Source: Eukaryota sp. TZLM1-RC
Taxonomy: Eukaryota > Protista > Metamonada: BaSk clade
Assembly (NCBI GenBank): GCA_040285825.1
Contig: JAUPSS010000014.1
Span: forward strand, 128,337 to 192,336
Reading direction: 5' to 3'
Length of the DNA: 64,000 nt
In this document: positions 1-12,429 of the stretch, piece after piece
Position numbering within the stretch: the first letter of the stretch is position 1
How the letters are laid out: the number at the start of each line of letters is the position of its first letter
The notes under the pieces: model-generated
Seen by the model: only the letters and a program-made list of their open reading frames with translations
The model's database searches: none
What the model was told of the DNA's origin: nothing
Translations under genes and position numbers: made by a program

Positions 1-212
1 TGTAAAGAGAAGAACTAACAGAAATTTCAACAGATTGTTTTGGCAAAATAGAATTGTGTTTTTTATTGTTAAGGGGATGTTGAAGATGGTTTCTGATGCT
101 TTGCTTTCTCTTGAATCTCACTATGAGAGAGTTGCATCTAGTTTTTGTGTTTTGGGAGAGATGGATTTTTTGGATGTTGATTTATAGGTGTTTAATAAAA
201 TTGATAAAAAAA
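1..212 (+). mobile_element. 3' end of CRE-type non-LTR retrotransposon (family B)
   Basis: Encodes VKRRTNRNFNRLFWQNRIV...MDFLDVDL*, nearly identical to the C-terminus of the element at 31540; followed by an A-rich tail. Confidence 0.85.
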
Positions 213-223
213 GTACTTTCAAA

Positions 224-934
224 ATGTCAAGATTCAAAAATGGTTCTCCTCTCCTCAGTATGAATGCTTCTTCCTCAGCACTATCTTACAGTGCATACTC
301 TTCACCTTCTGTGAAAAGAGAGATGGTGAGTGCCTTTAAACTCGCTGAATCTGATGTTCAATCTGCAGCAAATAGACTTGCTAACCTTCGTCATAAGGAA
401 CAAAAGCTCCAATCAGAAACCCAAAAACGTCAAAATCATTGTATACGGAAAATTCATTCAAAACAAAAAGTAATGGAGCAGCAGCTGTTGAAATCACAAA
501 GAACTAGTCAATCCACCGAATCTGAGAAACTCTTAACTTCCAAATTACGTGCTGAACGCTTAAATCGCCAACGTAAGATTAAGCAACAGCAGCAAGAAAG
601 GTTGGAGAAAGCTCGAATCAATGCTCAGAAAATAAAGAATGAATCAAGAAAATGTGATGAAATTAAACTGAAATCCAAGTCTGAGGCTGCTGAAATTGCT
701 CGAAAAAAAAAGGAAAAAGTGGAGAAAGAAAAACTAGATTTTAAAAACAAACTGTTGGAAGAGCAACAAAGACAAGAACTGATTCAAATAGCTTATAATG
801 TGGAAGAAATTAATAGACTCGATCTTGAAAGAGAGGAATTGTCCAGTAGTTGTCGAGTTTTAGAGTCTGAGGCTAATGAAATAAGTGATAGAATTAATCA
901 CAATCTTGGTCTTTGTGAGTCTCTGTCGATTTGA
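224..934 (+). CDS. Hypothetical coiled-coil protein
   Basis: Open frame from the first ATG at 224; K/E/Q/R-rich helical composition; no recognisable motif. Confidence 0.6.
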   Translation: MSRFKNGSPLLSMNASSSALSYSAYSSPSVKREMVSAFKLAESDVQSAANRLANLRHKEQKLQSETQKRQNHCIRKIHSKQKVMEQQLLKSQRTSQSTESEKLLTSKLRAERLNRQRKIKQQQQERLEKARINAQKIKNESRKCDEIKLKSKSEAAEIARKKKEKVEKEKLDFKNKLLEEQQRQELIQIAYNVEEINRLDLEREELSSSCRVLESEANEISDRINHNLGLCESLSI

Positions 935-1779
935 TTGAAGTTTTGATTGGTGGAATTATTAGTACTATCGTTGTAGTTTTTGTATCATAATGTGTAAATG
1001 TATTTTTTCCATTAATTTTTAATTAATTTGATTTTTCCTCCGAGAAAACCAATTCATTTCTGTTTCAATGCTTATGGATAATAAACATTTGAAATCCTGA
1101 AAATACTTTATGATTAACACTATCAGATTTAAAGCACACCATTGTCTAGTTAACTAGTAAATTAATTAGAATTAGCAGGCTCGTAATTATTCTTTTATAA
1201 TTCAAGCATTCCACATTGAAGCTGAAGTGAACATAATGTCCAATCTTTATTATGATTGCTTCTTTTCGTGTAAATTTCGGATTTCAATTGTTTAAGTTGA
1301 ATATGAAACCAACAGATAAAATGAAAGCTATAAATTTCTCAATTTGAAGCTATAGGCCTTGATTCAATGAAAGAGTACACTTTGAAGGTATTTTGGTGTC
1401 ATTTTTCCTATCAAAAACACTGAATTTGGCAGAAAACACCACTGTTCATCACCAGTTGAACTGCACTCAGTTGCCCAAGACAGTATGTGTTCTAGTGCTA
1501 AATGAAATAATGAATTCATTACCCCACGCATAGTGGATATTGTGAAAGTAATATAGATATAGCTACACAACACAACAAGAAAAATTGTGGTGTGTTTTTT
1601 AAGTGTACCTGATTTGCCTTCATCGTTTACAGAGATTCACAACTCAGTAGATGCATTGCCTTATTTTGAACCAACTAATGATTGTTTTTGTCCATGTTTA
1701 AACACAAATTAATAATGTGATTCACTTTAGAAGTTGAGACCTTTGAGGTAAATCAAAATACAATTCATTCAAATCTTCA

Positions 1780-3213
1780 ATGTCAAGAGAACCTAGCTCT
1801 GACGAGTTTGTGGTTAACGATATCACCTCATTTGTTGGACCCTTTGAGCGTGCTCTCATCACACATGATGAATCTGTTGCAGCAAGAGCGGCAAAAACCG
1901 TTTTTGCTCATCGTAAGAAGCTTTCGGTACATCTTGTCCAGCGTATCATTACTTCTATCCACACAAGACCAACCCCAACAATAGAATCTCTCACCTCCAT
2001 ACTGGATCGAATGAGCGACTCCTCAACAGACCTACCAATGTCCTCAGAGGAGCTTCCCCCCGTTAACAGACGCTCATTCACCGATCTTCTCTCTCTTCTT
2101 CTCGTATCTCTCTACTGTTCATCCAATCCTCCCCCTTCATCGATCCTTCTTGAACTGGTCGACCTTATCAAATCCTCGATTTCGATGTACTACCATGTCC
2201 GTGAAGTCATTCCTATCATTGGACATCTTCATTTTTCTCTTTTTAGACTATACTCCCTTTCTGGAACTTCCTTTTCTGATATCAAAAACTCTCTTATGGT
2301 CAGTTATCGCCACTCGGTTCACTCACAGGATCCTTTCAGTCAAGCAGTTTTGATTAACTCAATACTATACTCAATGCTTCAATCAATCGAAATCAGTCAA
2401 ATGCAGAAATTTATTGATCATGTCAACTTCCCTTTGGGATCTTTCCCTTCCCAAGATGCAAGGTACTTTTATTATCGTTCATTTGTCGCTCTCGCCACCT
2501 TGGACTATTCAGAAGCCTTAAACAACTCACTTTCTGCTTTGAGAAAAGCTCCTTCCAAAGCCTTGGCGTTTAGAGTTAATGCCCAAAAAATCTCTATTCT
2601 TTCTCAACTATCCATAGGAGAAACCCCTTCGAGAGTGCTCTTCAGGGACCCTGATATGAAGGCAGCTCTTTATCCTTATTTATGTTTGGTAAAGGCTGTC
2701 CGTAACGGATCAGTAGAAGTGTTTAAGCAAGTAGTGGGTGAATATCAGACAAGATTTGAAAAGGATAAAGTCTTACCTCTTGTTTTGAGGTTGAGGTCTT
2801 CTGTTGTTAGATTAGGATTGAAGAATGTGTTTATGGCGTATAACAAGATCTCTATAACTGAATTGAAAACTTTATTAGGTCTTGGTGATTATTCAAATGC
2901 TCATATTGAAGGTATTGTCGCAAAGGCCATTAGGGATGGTGTTGTTGCTGGAAAACTAAATGAGGGGTATTTCACAAGGGAGAAGGAGTATGGTGAAGGA
3001 AAACTTGATTACGACACTCTTGCCACCAGAATCGCCTTTGCCATTGCCTTACATCAAGATGCGAAGAAGTCCATGAGGTACACTGCTGGTGTTGAAGCAG
3101 AAGAGCTGGATCTTGAAGAAATAGAAAAAGAAAGAAAAGCCGAACAGGAAGCACGGAAGCATGCAGAGGCTAGTGGTGGAAGCTACTCTGAACCTAGTGG
3201 TGGCGGATGGTAG
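1780..3213 (+). CDS. RPN3: 26S proteasome lid subunit Rpn3/PSMD3
   Basis: ARYFYY, ALRKAP, GETPSR.LF, LRLRSSV.R.GL, EGIVAKAIRDGV and K.MRY motifs typical of Rpn3 (PCI domain). Confidence 0.93.
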   Translation: MSREPSSDEFVVNDITSFVGPFERALITHDESVAARAAKTVFAHRKKLSVHLVQRIITSIHTRPTPTIESLTSILDRMSDSSTDLPMSSEELPPVNRRSFTDLLSLLLVSLYCSSNPPPSSILLELVDLIKSSISMYYHVREVIPIIGHLHFSLFRLYSLSGTSFSDIKNSLMVSYRHSVHSQDPFSQAVLINSILYSMLQSIEISQMQKFIDHVNFPLGSFPSQDARYFYYRSFVALATLDYSEALNNSLSALRKAPSKALAFRVNAQKISILSQLSIGETPSRVLFRDPDMKAALYPYLCLVKAVRNGSVEVFKQVVGEYQTRFEKDKVLPLVLRLRSSVVRLGLKNVFMAYNKISITELKTLLGLGDYSNAHIEGIVAKAIRDGVVAGKLNEGYFTREKEYGEGKLDYDTLATRIAFAIALHQDAKKSMRYTAGVEAEELDLEEIEKERKAEQEARKHAEASGGSYSEPSGGGW

Positions 3214-3594
3214 ACTTTGTAGATAATAAAATATGGATTGGGATGTTTGGTCAAAATAAGCATGAGATTAGTAAAATATGGTGAAGAGATTTTATTTGGA
3301 TTTCCAGAGGAGTTATCATTAGATACTGGCATTAGATCAATTCAGCTCTGCATAGCATCCGCAACAATAGAAAAAAATTGGTTCAGCAATGATTGGTATA
3401 ATCTGATTGAGATAATGAAGAATCTTTTGAACATCATCTAGCAATAATAACTACAACTTGCAATTAAAGATTGTTTGAAATGAAGATTAATTGTGAATAT
3501 TGAAAGATTTATTACAAGCATTTAATTTAATTCATACCAAACAATATTTTCTATATATTGAACTTCAATACTTGACAAAAGAGCTCAGAACTAA

Positions 3595-3741
3595 ATTCAT
3601 TGAACCAAGGTTTCCTCTACAAAAACTTGATCTGCATGCTGTCTCGCTAAAGCTTCTGATATGCGATTCAAAAACCAAGGTAATCTATTAATATTGACAA
3701 ATTGAATTCGAGAGCGCAGCAAAAAGATATCAAATCTTTTC
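3595..3741 (-). mobile_element. Short 3' fragment of CRE-type retrotransposon (family A)
   Basis: Nucleotide similarity to 8590-8735 and 43120-43265. Confidence 0.75.
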
Positions 3742-3916
3742 CCCAAACAATTTAATAATGATAAAAGAACTTTTTAATGCATTTTCTGTTGATCTAGGAG
3801 TCATATCAGTGATGAAAAAATCCAGTCGATCACTTTACGTTCGCTGTCGGGAAGAGAATGAAGTTGCCATTTTTTGTAAATCATTCAATCAAACCATTCA
3901 TTCAAACCATTTTCCC

Positions 3917-4468
3917 ATGGCTGAATTCGATCCTGCTAAACCCATAAACTTCCAAGAGTTTACCGCAATGGTCCATGAATATCATGCTGTGTTTTCCAAA
4001 CAACAACCAGCACTTTTTGAACGACTAGGACCTCCACCTTCTTTAGCTGAAATGCCTCCAAAAGCTCACATCAAACAGGAGCCTCGTGAACCACATACCA
4101 TGCAAGCCTCAGAAATAACAGAAGTTCCCGTTGAGGAACCTCAGCTTATGGAACCACCCACACCCATTAATGCAACTAGGAGGATTTTTATTAGCAATCT
4201 CTTAGACGAGGATTTGCTTAAAGGTACACTTTTCGCGGAATTTAAACCTAAATTTATAAAAGATTTTTCAGCTTTTGGTGAGATTGAAGATATCAATGTG
4301 GAAATGAAAGGAGATTCCAGGGTATTAGACATTACTTATTCCAACGAACAAGAAGCAGGCAGAGCTTTTCATCATTACAGTGGGAAGGTTGTTGATGGCA
4401 AAGTTGTTGAGGTCACATTTGAAGAGGTTGAATCTGATTATGAATCTGAGGTTGAAATGGAACAATAA
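3917..4468 (+). CDS. Protein with a C-terminal RRM/UHM-like domain (splicing-factor-like)
   Basis: IFISNLL...FSAFGEIEDINV...ITYSNEQEAGRAF...GKVVDGKVVEVTF is an RRM/UHM pattern; start is uncertain (3758 or 3917). Confidence 0.65.
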   Translation: MAEFDPAKPINFQEFTAMVHEYHAVFSKQQPALFERLGPPPSLAEMPPKAHIKQEPREPHTMQASEITEVPVEEPQLMEPPTPINATRRIFISNLLDEDLLKGTLFAEFKPKFIKDFSAFGEIEDINVEMKGDSRVLDITYSNEQEAGRAFHHYSGKVVDGKVVEVTFEEVESDYESEVEMEQ

Positions 4469-4555
4469 ATGTGAAATATTAATTAAAATTTAAGTTAGTG
4501 ATATTTATAGCAGAAATGAGAGTTACATAAAACTAAAATACTAAATAAATAAAGC

Positions 4556-5521
4556 TTACTGAAGTTTGATCAATTCAAGGGAAAATTCAAGATCAGCATT
4601 GGGAGGGATTACTGGGGGAGCACCAGATGTACCATAACCAAGAGAAGCAGGAATAGTAATGGTTCTCTTGCCTCCCAATTTCATATTGTGGAGACCCAAT
4701 TCCATACCACGGATAACTTGGCCTTGTCCAACACTAAAGGTAAATGGCTTCTTTTTCGTCTTATCAAAGACTTTGCCATTGCTCACGAGGCGTCCTGTGT
4801 ATTTGATGGAAACCTTGGCACCTTTACGAACTTTGGGACCATTTCCAGCTTCGGTTTCTTCGATTTTGACTCCTTGATGTGTAAAGACGTTGTTGTTGTG
4901 GGTAGTTGGAGCTTCATCGGTAGAAGTGGCCTGTTTTTCCTTCTTCTTCTTATCTTTTTTCGGTTTGGTAGGTTCAGCTTCTTGGGGTTTGTCTGATTCT
5001 TCCTTGGATAACTTCTTTTCTGGAACAGAAGAAGAAGTCTTCCTCTTTTTACCAGCAGACATTTCTTCAACATCATTATCGACTTGTTCTTCATCGGAGA
5101 GCTCTTCGATGACGTCTTCTTGTTGACTTTCTTCATCTGAGACATCATCGCCAAGCAAACCTGCTTCATAGAGATAGTCCTCCATGTCAGAATCATCACC
5201 TTCCTGGACATCGTGAATACAACCATGTACTGTAACATCATAGCTGCCGTTGATATGGCGAAGAGTGAAATCTGAACCGGGGGGAAGAACAATGTCAAAG
5301 CCAGTTTGCTCGGTGACGCCTGGCCTCAAAACGCACAAAGAGAATACCTTCTCTTCATACTCAATTTGGAGGAGAACAGGTTCAGAGTCAGGTTTGCGTG
5401 CCTCTTCAGCATTCTTGTATGCAATGGTGGCGCTACAGAGCTGAAGAGAAACGTCTTCAGGAACTTCTTGGGCAAACTCTCCGGAAGGGACAACGTTGAC
5501 GGCAAAGTATGAAGAAGTCAT
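4556..5521 (-). CDS. Nucleoplasmin-like FKBP peptidyl-prolyl isomerase (Fpr3/Fpr4/FKBP39 type)
   Basis: N-terminal NPL domain, acidic then basic linker, C-terminal FKBP (YTGRL..GKVFD, VIRGMELG, GYG..GAPPVIPPNADLEF). Start at 5521 preferred over 5563. Confidence 0.9.
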   Translation of the reverse strand: MTSSYFAVNVVPSGEFAQEVPEDVSLQLCSATIAYKNAEEARKPDSEPVLLQIEYEEKVFSLCVLRPGVTEQTGFDIVLPPGSDFTLRHINGSYDVTVHGCIHDVQEGDDSDMEDYLYEAGLLGDDVSDEESQQEDVIEELSDEEQVDNDVEEMSAGKKRKTSSSVPEKKLSKEESDKPQEAEPTKPKKDKKKKEKQATSTDEAPTTHNNNVFTHQGVKIEETEAGNGPKVRKGAKVSIKYTGRLVSNGKVFDKTKKKPFTFSVGQGQVIRGMELGLHNMKLGGKRTITIPASLGYGTSGAPPVIPPNADLEFSLELIKLQ

Positions 5522-5859
5522 GTGAGGAGTAATTCGAATGGAACAAATTCTTTTGAGTTTCATTCAGATTTGCTGTGCATTCGCCTTTTTTAACTTGCCA
5601 TTGAAAATCACATTGGAACTTCCAATTCATTCCATCTTTTGGAGTAAAATTTCGTCATTATCTTGAAGTAGCTCTTACGTTATTGTGGGGTTCGCATGGA
5701 CCATCAATCATTTATAAACGGAAAAATAAGAAACAGGGGTTTATTAGAAGGAACGGAAAAAATCAGAGAAAAGTAAATCTCTTTCTAGACAAACAAGTGA
5801 TAAAGTGGCATGACATAAAACAGTAAACTTATAATTATCTATTTGCAATTGCTATAGGC

Positions 5860-8530
5860 CTAGACTACCTCCTTTTTTTCTGCGTCTTCTTCAGAGCTTA
5901 TCTAAATTCATTATTTTCATATAACGTTGGTAGGCAGTTGTGTCCTTCACAGATTCTTACAATTGGGTAGTATGAATTCATGTGAACCATGAAATACTCG
6001 CTTGGCCGTTGAAGACATTTAAAATGGCATTAACTGAAGGTTTGCCGGCATTAGTGGCACTAAAAGCATTTAGAATGTGTTCCGGCAATGAGGATAAACA
6101 AAACCTAATTAAATGAATAGATCTTTTCAATTGAGACCAGGTGATCGGGCTTTTATCAGGAGAGAACTTTTGGTAAAAAGTTTTTTAACAATATGCGGGC
6201 CAAAGAAGTGTCCATGTAGTTTGTTAAGAGTTTCTCGTTATACGAAAGCTCTGGAGCCAACTTCTGGTTTATAATTCGGTTCAAAAGGATAAGCATTGGG
6301 CAGGTTCAGTTCCGGGACAGAGTTCCATTTGTCTTCAGTATGAGCAGACAAATTCGTTAGGAAAAATATATGATCTGAAACATCAGGTTGATCAGGTTTT
6401 GGACACCGAATTTGCAAAATTTCATTAAGCAATAATTTTGAAACATCAGAGCCAAATGCAGGATCGTAAAAAGTCGCGTTGAAAGATTTCTTGTATTTGA
6501 AATCACTAATGTAAAATAGACAGGTATCAGGGTCAGTGTTTTCTACTTCTATATACAATGGGTCTTCGACTATTGCGTGGAATATTTCTTCTTCAGGGCA
6601 ATTGGGAAAGCCATGAGCGGTTTGACATGGAAAGGGCAGTGAGCAGCAATCTGGGTTATAGTAGGAGGCCCTCTCCAAGGAAGAGGCGGAACGGAGTCTG
6701 GTTGGAAAATCTCTGTATTGTTCTTCAGTGTCTAAACAAAGAGCTTTATAAAAGGGAGTTTTAACGTCTTCAATAGTAATTGAAGATTTTACTTTAACGC
6801 TTTTTGTTTAAGCACTTCTAATTTTTCTCTGTTTCTTCTGTTCGGGTTTCGTCGCCTCTTCTGGCAGGAATCTCGGTAAATAATCGGCCCAATAATTATT
6901 TAGTCCATCTTCATGAACACAGTCAAATGAAAATGATTGTAGTACTGGAATCCAACGAAATACGACACGATTATTTTCGGGACATGAGAGCAATTGGAAC
7001 TGGTTTTTGTAGTCACAAAACATTGTCAAATGCTGGGTCTGTAGGAATGAGGACAAGTTAATTTGATTGAAAGTCGTAACAATAGCAAATAGCTTTTTTT
7101 GTATTGTTGCCCAACGTTGTTGCACGGGAGTTGATATTTTTGAGTAATTTGATAATCTGTTAAATGTTGGATACGTAAAATCACGTGTGATGACGTTGCA
7201 ATAGTTTAAATTCTGTTATTGTTGATTAATAAAGCTTTTCCATTGGTCACTGCAGTGGAACCCAACAATAACGTTATTGTCCTTGACCCTGTACCAGTCC
7301 ATGTACCGTCACTGTTCTTGTTCCTGCCCTTGGTAAGGCCGTTAGATGCGTCCTGTCGACAATCCCTATCTAACCTCGCTGTTTGAGGAAGATGTCTGTA
7401 TGTTTTTGAGCAACTTTGAAGCGTATCAGTCTGTGACTGATTGCAAGTGTTTTCGCTAAGACTCTCCGTAGATCTTCATATTTTGAAGTCCCTGAACAAT
7501 TTTCTCTCCTATTAAGCTTTCAACGAGACCGTCTCTCAATTGAAAATGAACGTAAATATTACAAGTGCCAGAAAAAGAATGAACGATTACTCAAAAGCTT
7601 CCTGAAGGTGAAGGAAAAGGCTAACTGTTTCGCCATTCCAAATTCTGTGTTTATGAAACAAGTTGCCGCTGGTATTACTTCCTAAAAAACCTGCTGAATC
7701 CCTTGTCTCTCTTATCAATAACCAATTGATTCCTGATTTCAAAACTCTTGTGCAGGTCTCTACTGAAGAAATTGTTGATCATGATAGATCTAAAGTTTAG
7801 TCAGGTTCCATGTATACTACAAATACCCGTTCAGCAGCCAGAAATACAGATATTGCTGCCAAAACTTGCTCTAAATGTCATAAGCCAACTCATTTTACTG
7901 TTAATTGCCCCTTCCGCGATAATAGTGTTTAGAATTACACCGCCAAAAGATCCGCCAACGTTCACAGTGTTATAGAAATGAAACAGGTGAACACTGTTCT
8001 TTGGGCTGTCAATGAAATTGATACCAAATGCTGTTCTGATTCATGCCTTGGTGACGTGTTGAATGTTTACGATAGTGATTCCCCAAAAGAAGAGTTGTAT
8101 GAAGTTGTATCCAATCCTTTAACAAAGGATGTGTCATCATCAAAGAGGAGACGTGAAACAGGGGTAGTGTTAGATGTGGGATAACATCAAATTACGTGTG
8201 ATGACGTGGCAATAGTTTATATTCTGTTTTTGTTAATTGATAAATCTTTTCCTTTGATCATTGCAGTGGAACCCAACAAATCGAAGCAACGTGACATTTG
8301 GACAGAGAAAATTTTGGTTCAGAAAAAGTCAATTCCTATCAAACAATACTGGCCATGTCATTTTGTGAGGCATCAGTAAACACGAAAATGTTTGAGTTGG
8401 TGTCAGGGAGTTCCAGAGACGTACTTTCAATGATCATTTTCATAATGTTGTGAAAACTTTTTTTTGAGTTTCATTTAATGAGATCTGCTTTGGGTTACTT
8501 TTCATCAGTTCGGGTAGTGGTACAAGTATA
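5860..8530 (-). mobile_element. Decayed Ty3/Gypsy pol remnant (RNase H to integrase C-terminus), interrupted by an LTR element
   Basis: SLELPDTNSNIFVFTDAS (~8370-8420), QQRWATIQKKLFAI...NYWADYL (6808-7125) and VKDTTAYQRY (~5930) all parallel the pol at 25693-27969. Confidence 0.8.
7158..8278 (+). mobile_element. Non-autonomous gag-only LTR retroelement (~1.1 kb)
   Basis: Direct repeats 7158-7267 and 8168-8278 (TGTT...AACA), 4-bp TSD AATC, purine tract GAAACAGGGGTAG before the 3' LTR, decayed gag with the knuckle CSKCHKPTHFTVNC (~7867-7910). Confidence 0.88.
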
Positions 8531-8559
8531 ATTCAATTTATTGAATTTGCACACTTGAT

Positions 8560-11500
8560 TAAATTAAATCATAACTAATGGGACGACTATCATTAAACCA
8601 AGATTTCCTCTACAAAATCTTGATTTGCTTGCTGTCTAGCTAAAGCTTCTCTAATTCGATTGAAAAACCGCGGTAATCTATTAATAATGGCAAATTGAAT
8701 CCGTGAACGCCATAGAAAAATATCAAATCTTTTCATTGTTTTTTCTTTCACCATTTTTTGGAAGTCATCCAAAAAAGTTTCTGCTTCAACTGATAATCTT
8801 CCATTTATCGAAAATGGGAAAGCAATAAAAACCAGCTGTGTATTTCTATCGACATTTGCATCTTCAATTTCTTTATCATATTTTCTATGTTTTTCCTTTG
8901 CTTTAAAATCCAGAGCAGCCACAGGATTAAGTTTTCTTCTGTGAACCAAAGTATCGTTTGCAACATTACATGAGACAAAGTCAACAATAGCTTCAGAATT
9001 ATCAATCCAATCACAGTATACATCACCTCTATCATCAGAACCAAAATAATTCAGAGAAAGTGTTTCCTTCAGCAGGGGCTCTTTGATACACGATATCATT
9101 GCAGTTTGTGCCATATTGAAAACAGTGTATCTAACAGCATCATGTAATGAAGAACGATAAGTTATCAATTTAGAGCAATTTAGAGCATGGCGCAAAGTGA
9201 GTTGAGGTGAATTCGAACAAATACATTTTTCTTTTGATAATAATTGGTTAATGGGGATGTTCAAATATAATCTCATTTTTGTTACAAATGCTTCATTAGT
9301 GGCACACAATCCAAATCTTCGTGGTACAATGGTTACAAAAAGTGAAGAATCTGACGCCTTGTTTTCACAAACACCCTTTTCCAATAACAATGAGTGAAGA
9401 TCTTGATTTAAAACAGCCGAGCTGCAAATATTATTATAAAGATCTTTTTCATACATTCCAGTCAATCTTTTCTGTAATGTTCGAAGAGTGTACTTCAAAT
9501 TTAATACATTTTTTTCTGGAATATTGCCATTGAATGATTGGGGAAAACATCGACCCCATTTTTCTACATCAATTCTTGAAATTTCTTCATTTAATGCAAA
9601 AACTGTGGAACTTTGCGTTGTCATCAATAAATCTTCCCAATCTGCAAATCTTTCGAAAACTCAAAGATTGCATTTCTGCATCCACCAACAAAAGCACACG
9701 AGGTAAGAATAGAAGCCTTCGTCCACCCTAAACCACCATAATGTGGACTAAGGTAAGCATGATCTGGAATTTGAAACATTTTACATCCCAGTAATTGAGA
9801 CAGAACTTTTGCACGTAACTCATTAAACTTTTGAGCCAAAGGTCTAGTGACGAGAGGATTTGTAGATCGAAATATATGATTAAAATTGGAACTAAAACAC
9901 AGTCTTGTAATGGTAAATTTGATGTGTTTTTTTATATCTAAATTCATCATTCGGTCAATTTTGTCAGAAATTGAGTTCAACTTTTCAAACAATTTTTTGG
10001 TAATTTCATCATTATTTCCTAAAAACGAACCCAAATGACGAATAGCATCAATTGGATATAATTTGGCTTGAATTTCAATATCATCAATAATTGTGGAAAC
10101 TGGAGAATTCGATAACAAAACACATTTAAGTAAATTAAGTCGGAGACCAATTTTGGTAAATAATTCTTTAAAACATACAGTTGCTTTTTTCACAATATTT
10201 AAATCACCAATAAGCACAACATCATCCATATATGCAATCATTTTTAGTGAAGGAAACATCTCTTGAATTTGCAGTAGAATAGGATGGATGGCCAAACAAA
10301 ACAAAAGAGGTCCTAACGGATCTCCTTGCTTTACGCCACTTGATGAACTCAAAATGTTGTTACCAAAATGTAAATTAGAATATGTGCAATAAGTTGATTG
10401 AAAATATGGTATTAATTCCGGCATATATTGCAATAGAGCACCATGGATACTGCGACGACTTAGTGAATTGAAAGCATTACTAAAATCCAATGACATGCAA
10501 ACATTGAATTCATTTTGACGAAATAAGACATCAGTAGCAAAAATCGCTGAAATCGTGGTACAAGTTCAATACTTACTGCGGAAAGCTAATTTCGGACACA
10601 GTCAATTGCTCCTATGAATGAGCATAATTTGCAAACTATGGTTGGCAAATCTAAAATAGCAAAATACTCCGCAGATGAGAGAAATTTTCACCCATCAGTT
10701 GAACCAAGCAAGTCAGCAGCATCGGGTTTGGGCAAATTTCCAATACCTTTGTAATCGGAATAGTCACGAATCAATTAAGGAAGCCTTTTCAGGGGTATAT
10801 ACCTGGTGAATTGGTGATGAGAATAGGCCATCGTATGGACTGCAATTGGACTAATTCCGGAAGGCTTAGTATCACTACCAGGCTTCATGAAAGCAATAAG
10901 GCGTGTAGCAGTAAGCTCAGGGGGAGGAACAACTTTCAGTGAAACCAATTGTTGAAAATAAAAAGCTAAATCATCTGCAATTTCAGGTGTCTTGTCGCAA
11001 GCGGTTTTTGAAATATCAAGAGAAATTCCTGATAGTCCAGCGGCTTTACCATTTGGTAATTTTTTAATTAAAGCGGGAACTTCAGAAGCATTAATTGGAT
11101 TATTAGTCCAAAACTCACAAATATTGGGTTTTGGACAAACAAAATTTTCTTCAGGATGGAGCTTCTTAAATTTATCAACTGTATCAAGAGTTGGTTTAGC
11201 AATATCAGAGAAAACAAATGACTGAAGTCCGGCACCGTACCTTCTTCGAAGACATAGTTTTTTTTAATTGTTTGACTTTTTGCATCAGGTTAGACAGCAT
11301 TTTTGTTGACAAAAGATTTTTTTTGCAAAAAACTTTCCAAAAACTACTTATGTCCCATTCATTTTTCTTCAACTTACTTGTAAATAAACGAAGTTGAACA
11401 GACAATGGAATTGAAAAAGCAGGACTGACTTCAATAGGAATCTTGACTGGAGGTCTTAGAGTAACTTTTGCTTTACAGAATCGACAAAAAGGCAATGGTC

Positions 11501-12270
11501 TACCGTGATTGCCTTCATTAATGGATTTCTGGCAAAAGCGACATGTATTCACATTAAAATTTGAATCATTGTGGCTTGAAGCAGAAATTTCACGATTACC
11601 AGACAACTGAAAATTTTCGGACAATGATACTTCAAAACTTTTTGCATTGTGATTACTAGCTTGAAGTTTTGCATTGTTGGAATCAAGAAAACAACTGTTA
11701 AGCACGTGGTTAGCTGATTGGAATTTTAAAGCATTAATTTTATTTTCTTTACAAGTCCTTGAATTATGACCACTAATTCCGCAAATTGAACATTTTGGTC
11801 TTGATCTAGTTTTTCAAGTAATTAAGTTATTTGATTGCTTGTCTATTGCATTAGAAGAAGAGCAATTTTGTCGAATGGGAGAACGAAATGCAATATTACT
11901 ATTCTGAGGCTTCATAATTGTTTTCGGCAAAAGAGAATTTTGCTGTTGTGCAGGAAGTTTGCACCTCGCAAGAGAATGAATACTACGGCGTGGAGTAGCC
12001 AGACTAGCATTTGGACAATTTCTTGAAGTTTCAAAATTTTCAAAAAAAATTAGAAGAAAATTTTTTGCGGGCAAAAATGAAGAGGAAAAAGGGTCTGTAG
12101 AAGGGGGGATGAAAAGGGTCCAGATAATTCGACAATAGAACGACATTTAAATGATGCATCGTCATCCCAATCATCAGGACTGACATCAACATCCATAATG
12201 CAACCCACTGGAACCGCAAAGGATGCGAAAAAGTTGAAGACAATGGAGAGGGGGAGAAAAAAATTCATCT
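8560..12270 (-). mobile_element. Near full-length, frameshifted CRE-type non-LTR retrotransposon (family A)
   Basis: N-terminal CSICGISGHNSRTC knuckle and CRFC..CRFC; RT (LDFSNAFN, GVKQGDPLGP, YMDD); C-terminal CxC..H..C, HDAVR, RGD and K..KY RLE motifs. The 5' boundary is approximate. Confidence 0.88.
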
Positions 12271-12429
12271 TCTTGAATCTGAAATTTAACTGGAATAAAT
12301 TGATAAGTAGGAAATCATTGGTTTTAACAGACCTAGTCTCTTCAAGGTGTCACATTCAATAATAATACTTTTCTCACAGAATAAAAGGCAAAGTCTAAAA
12401 TCAACACGAAACGATCAGTTTTACTTGAC

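Noticed and set aside
1000-1770. Short ORFs and possible decayed coding sequence
   Set aside because: No recognisable motif or repeat partner.
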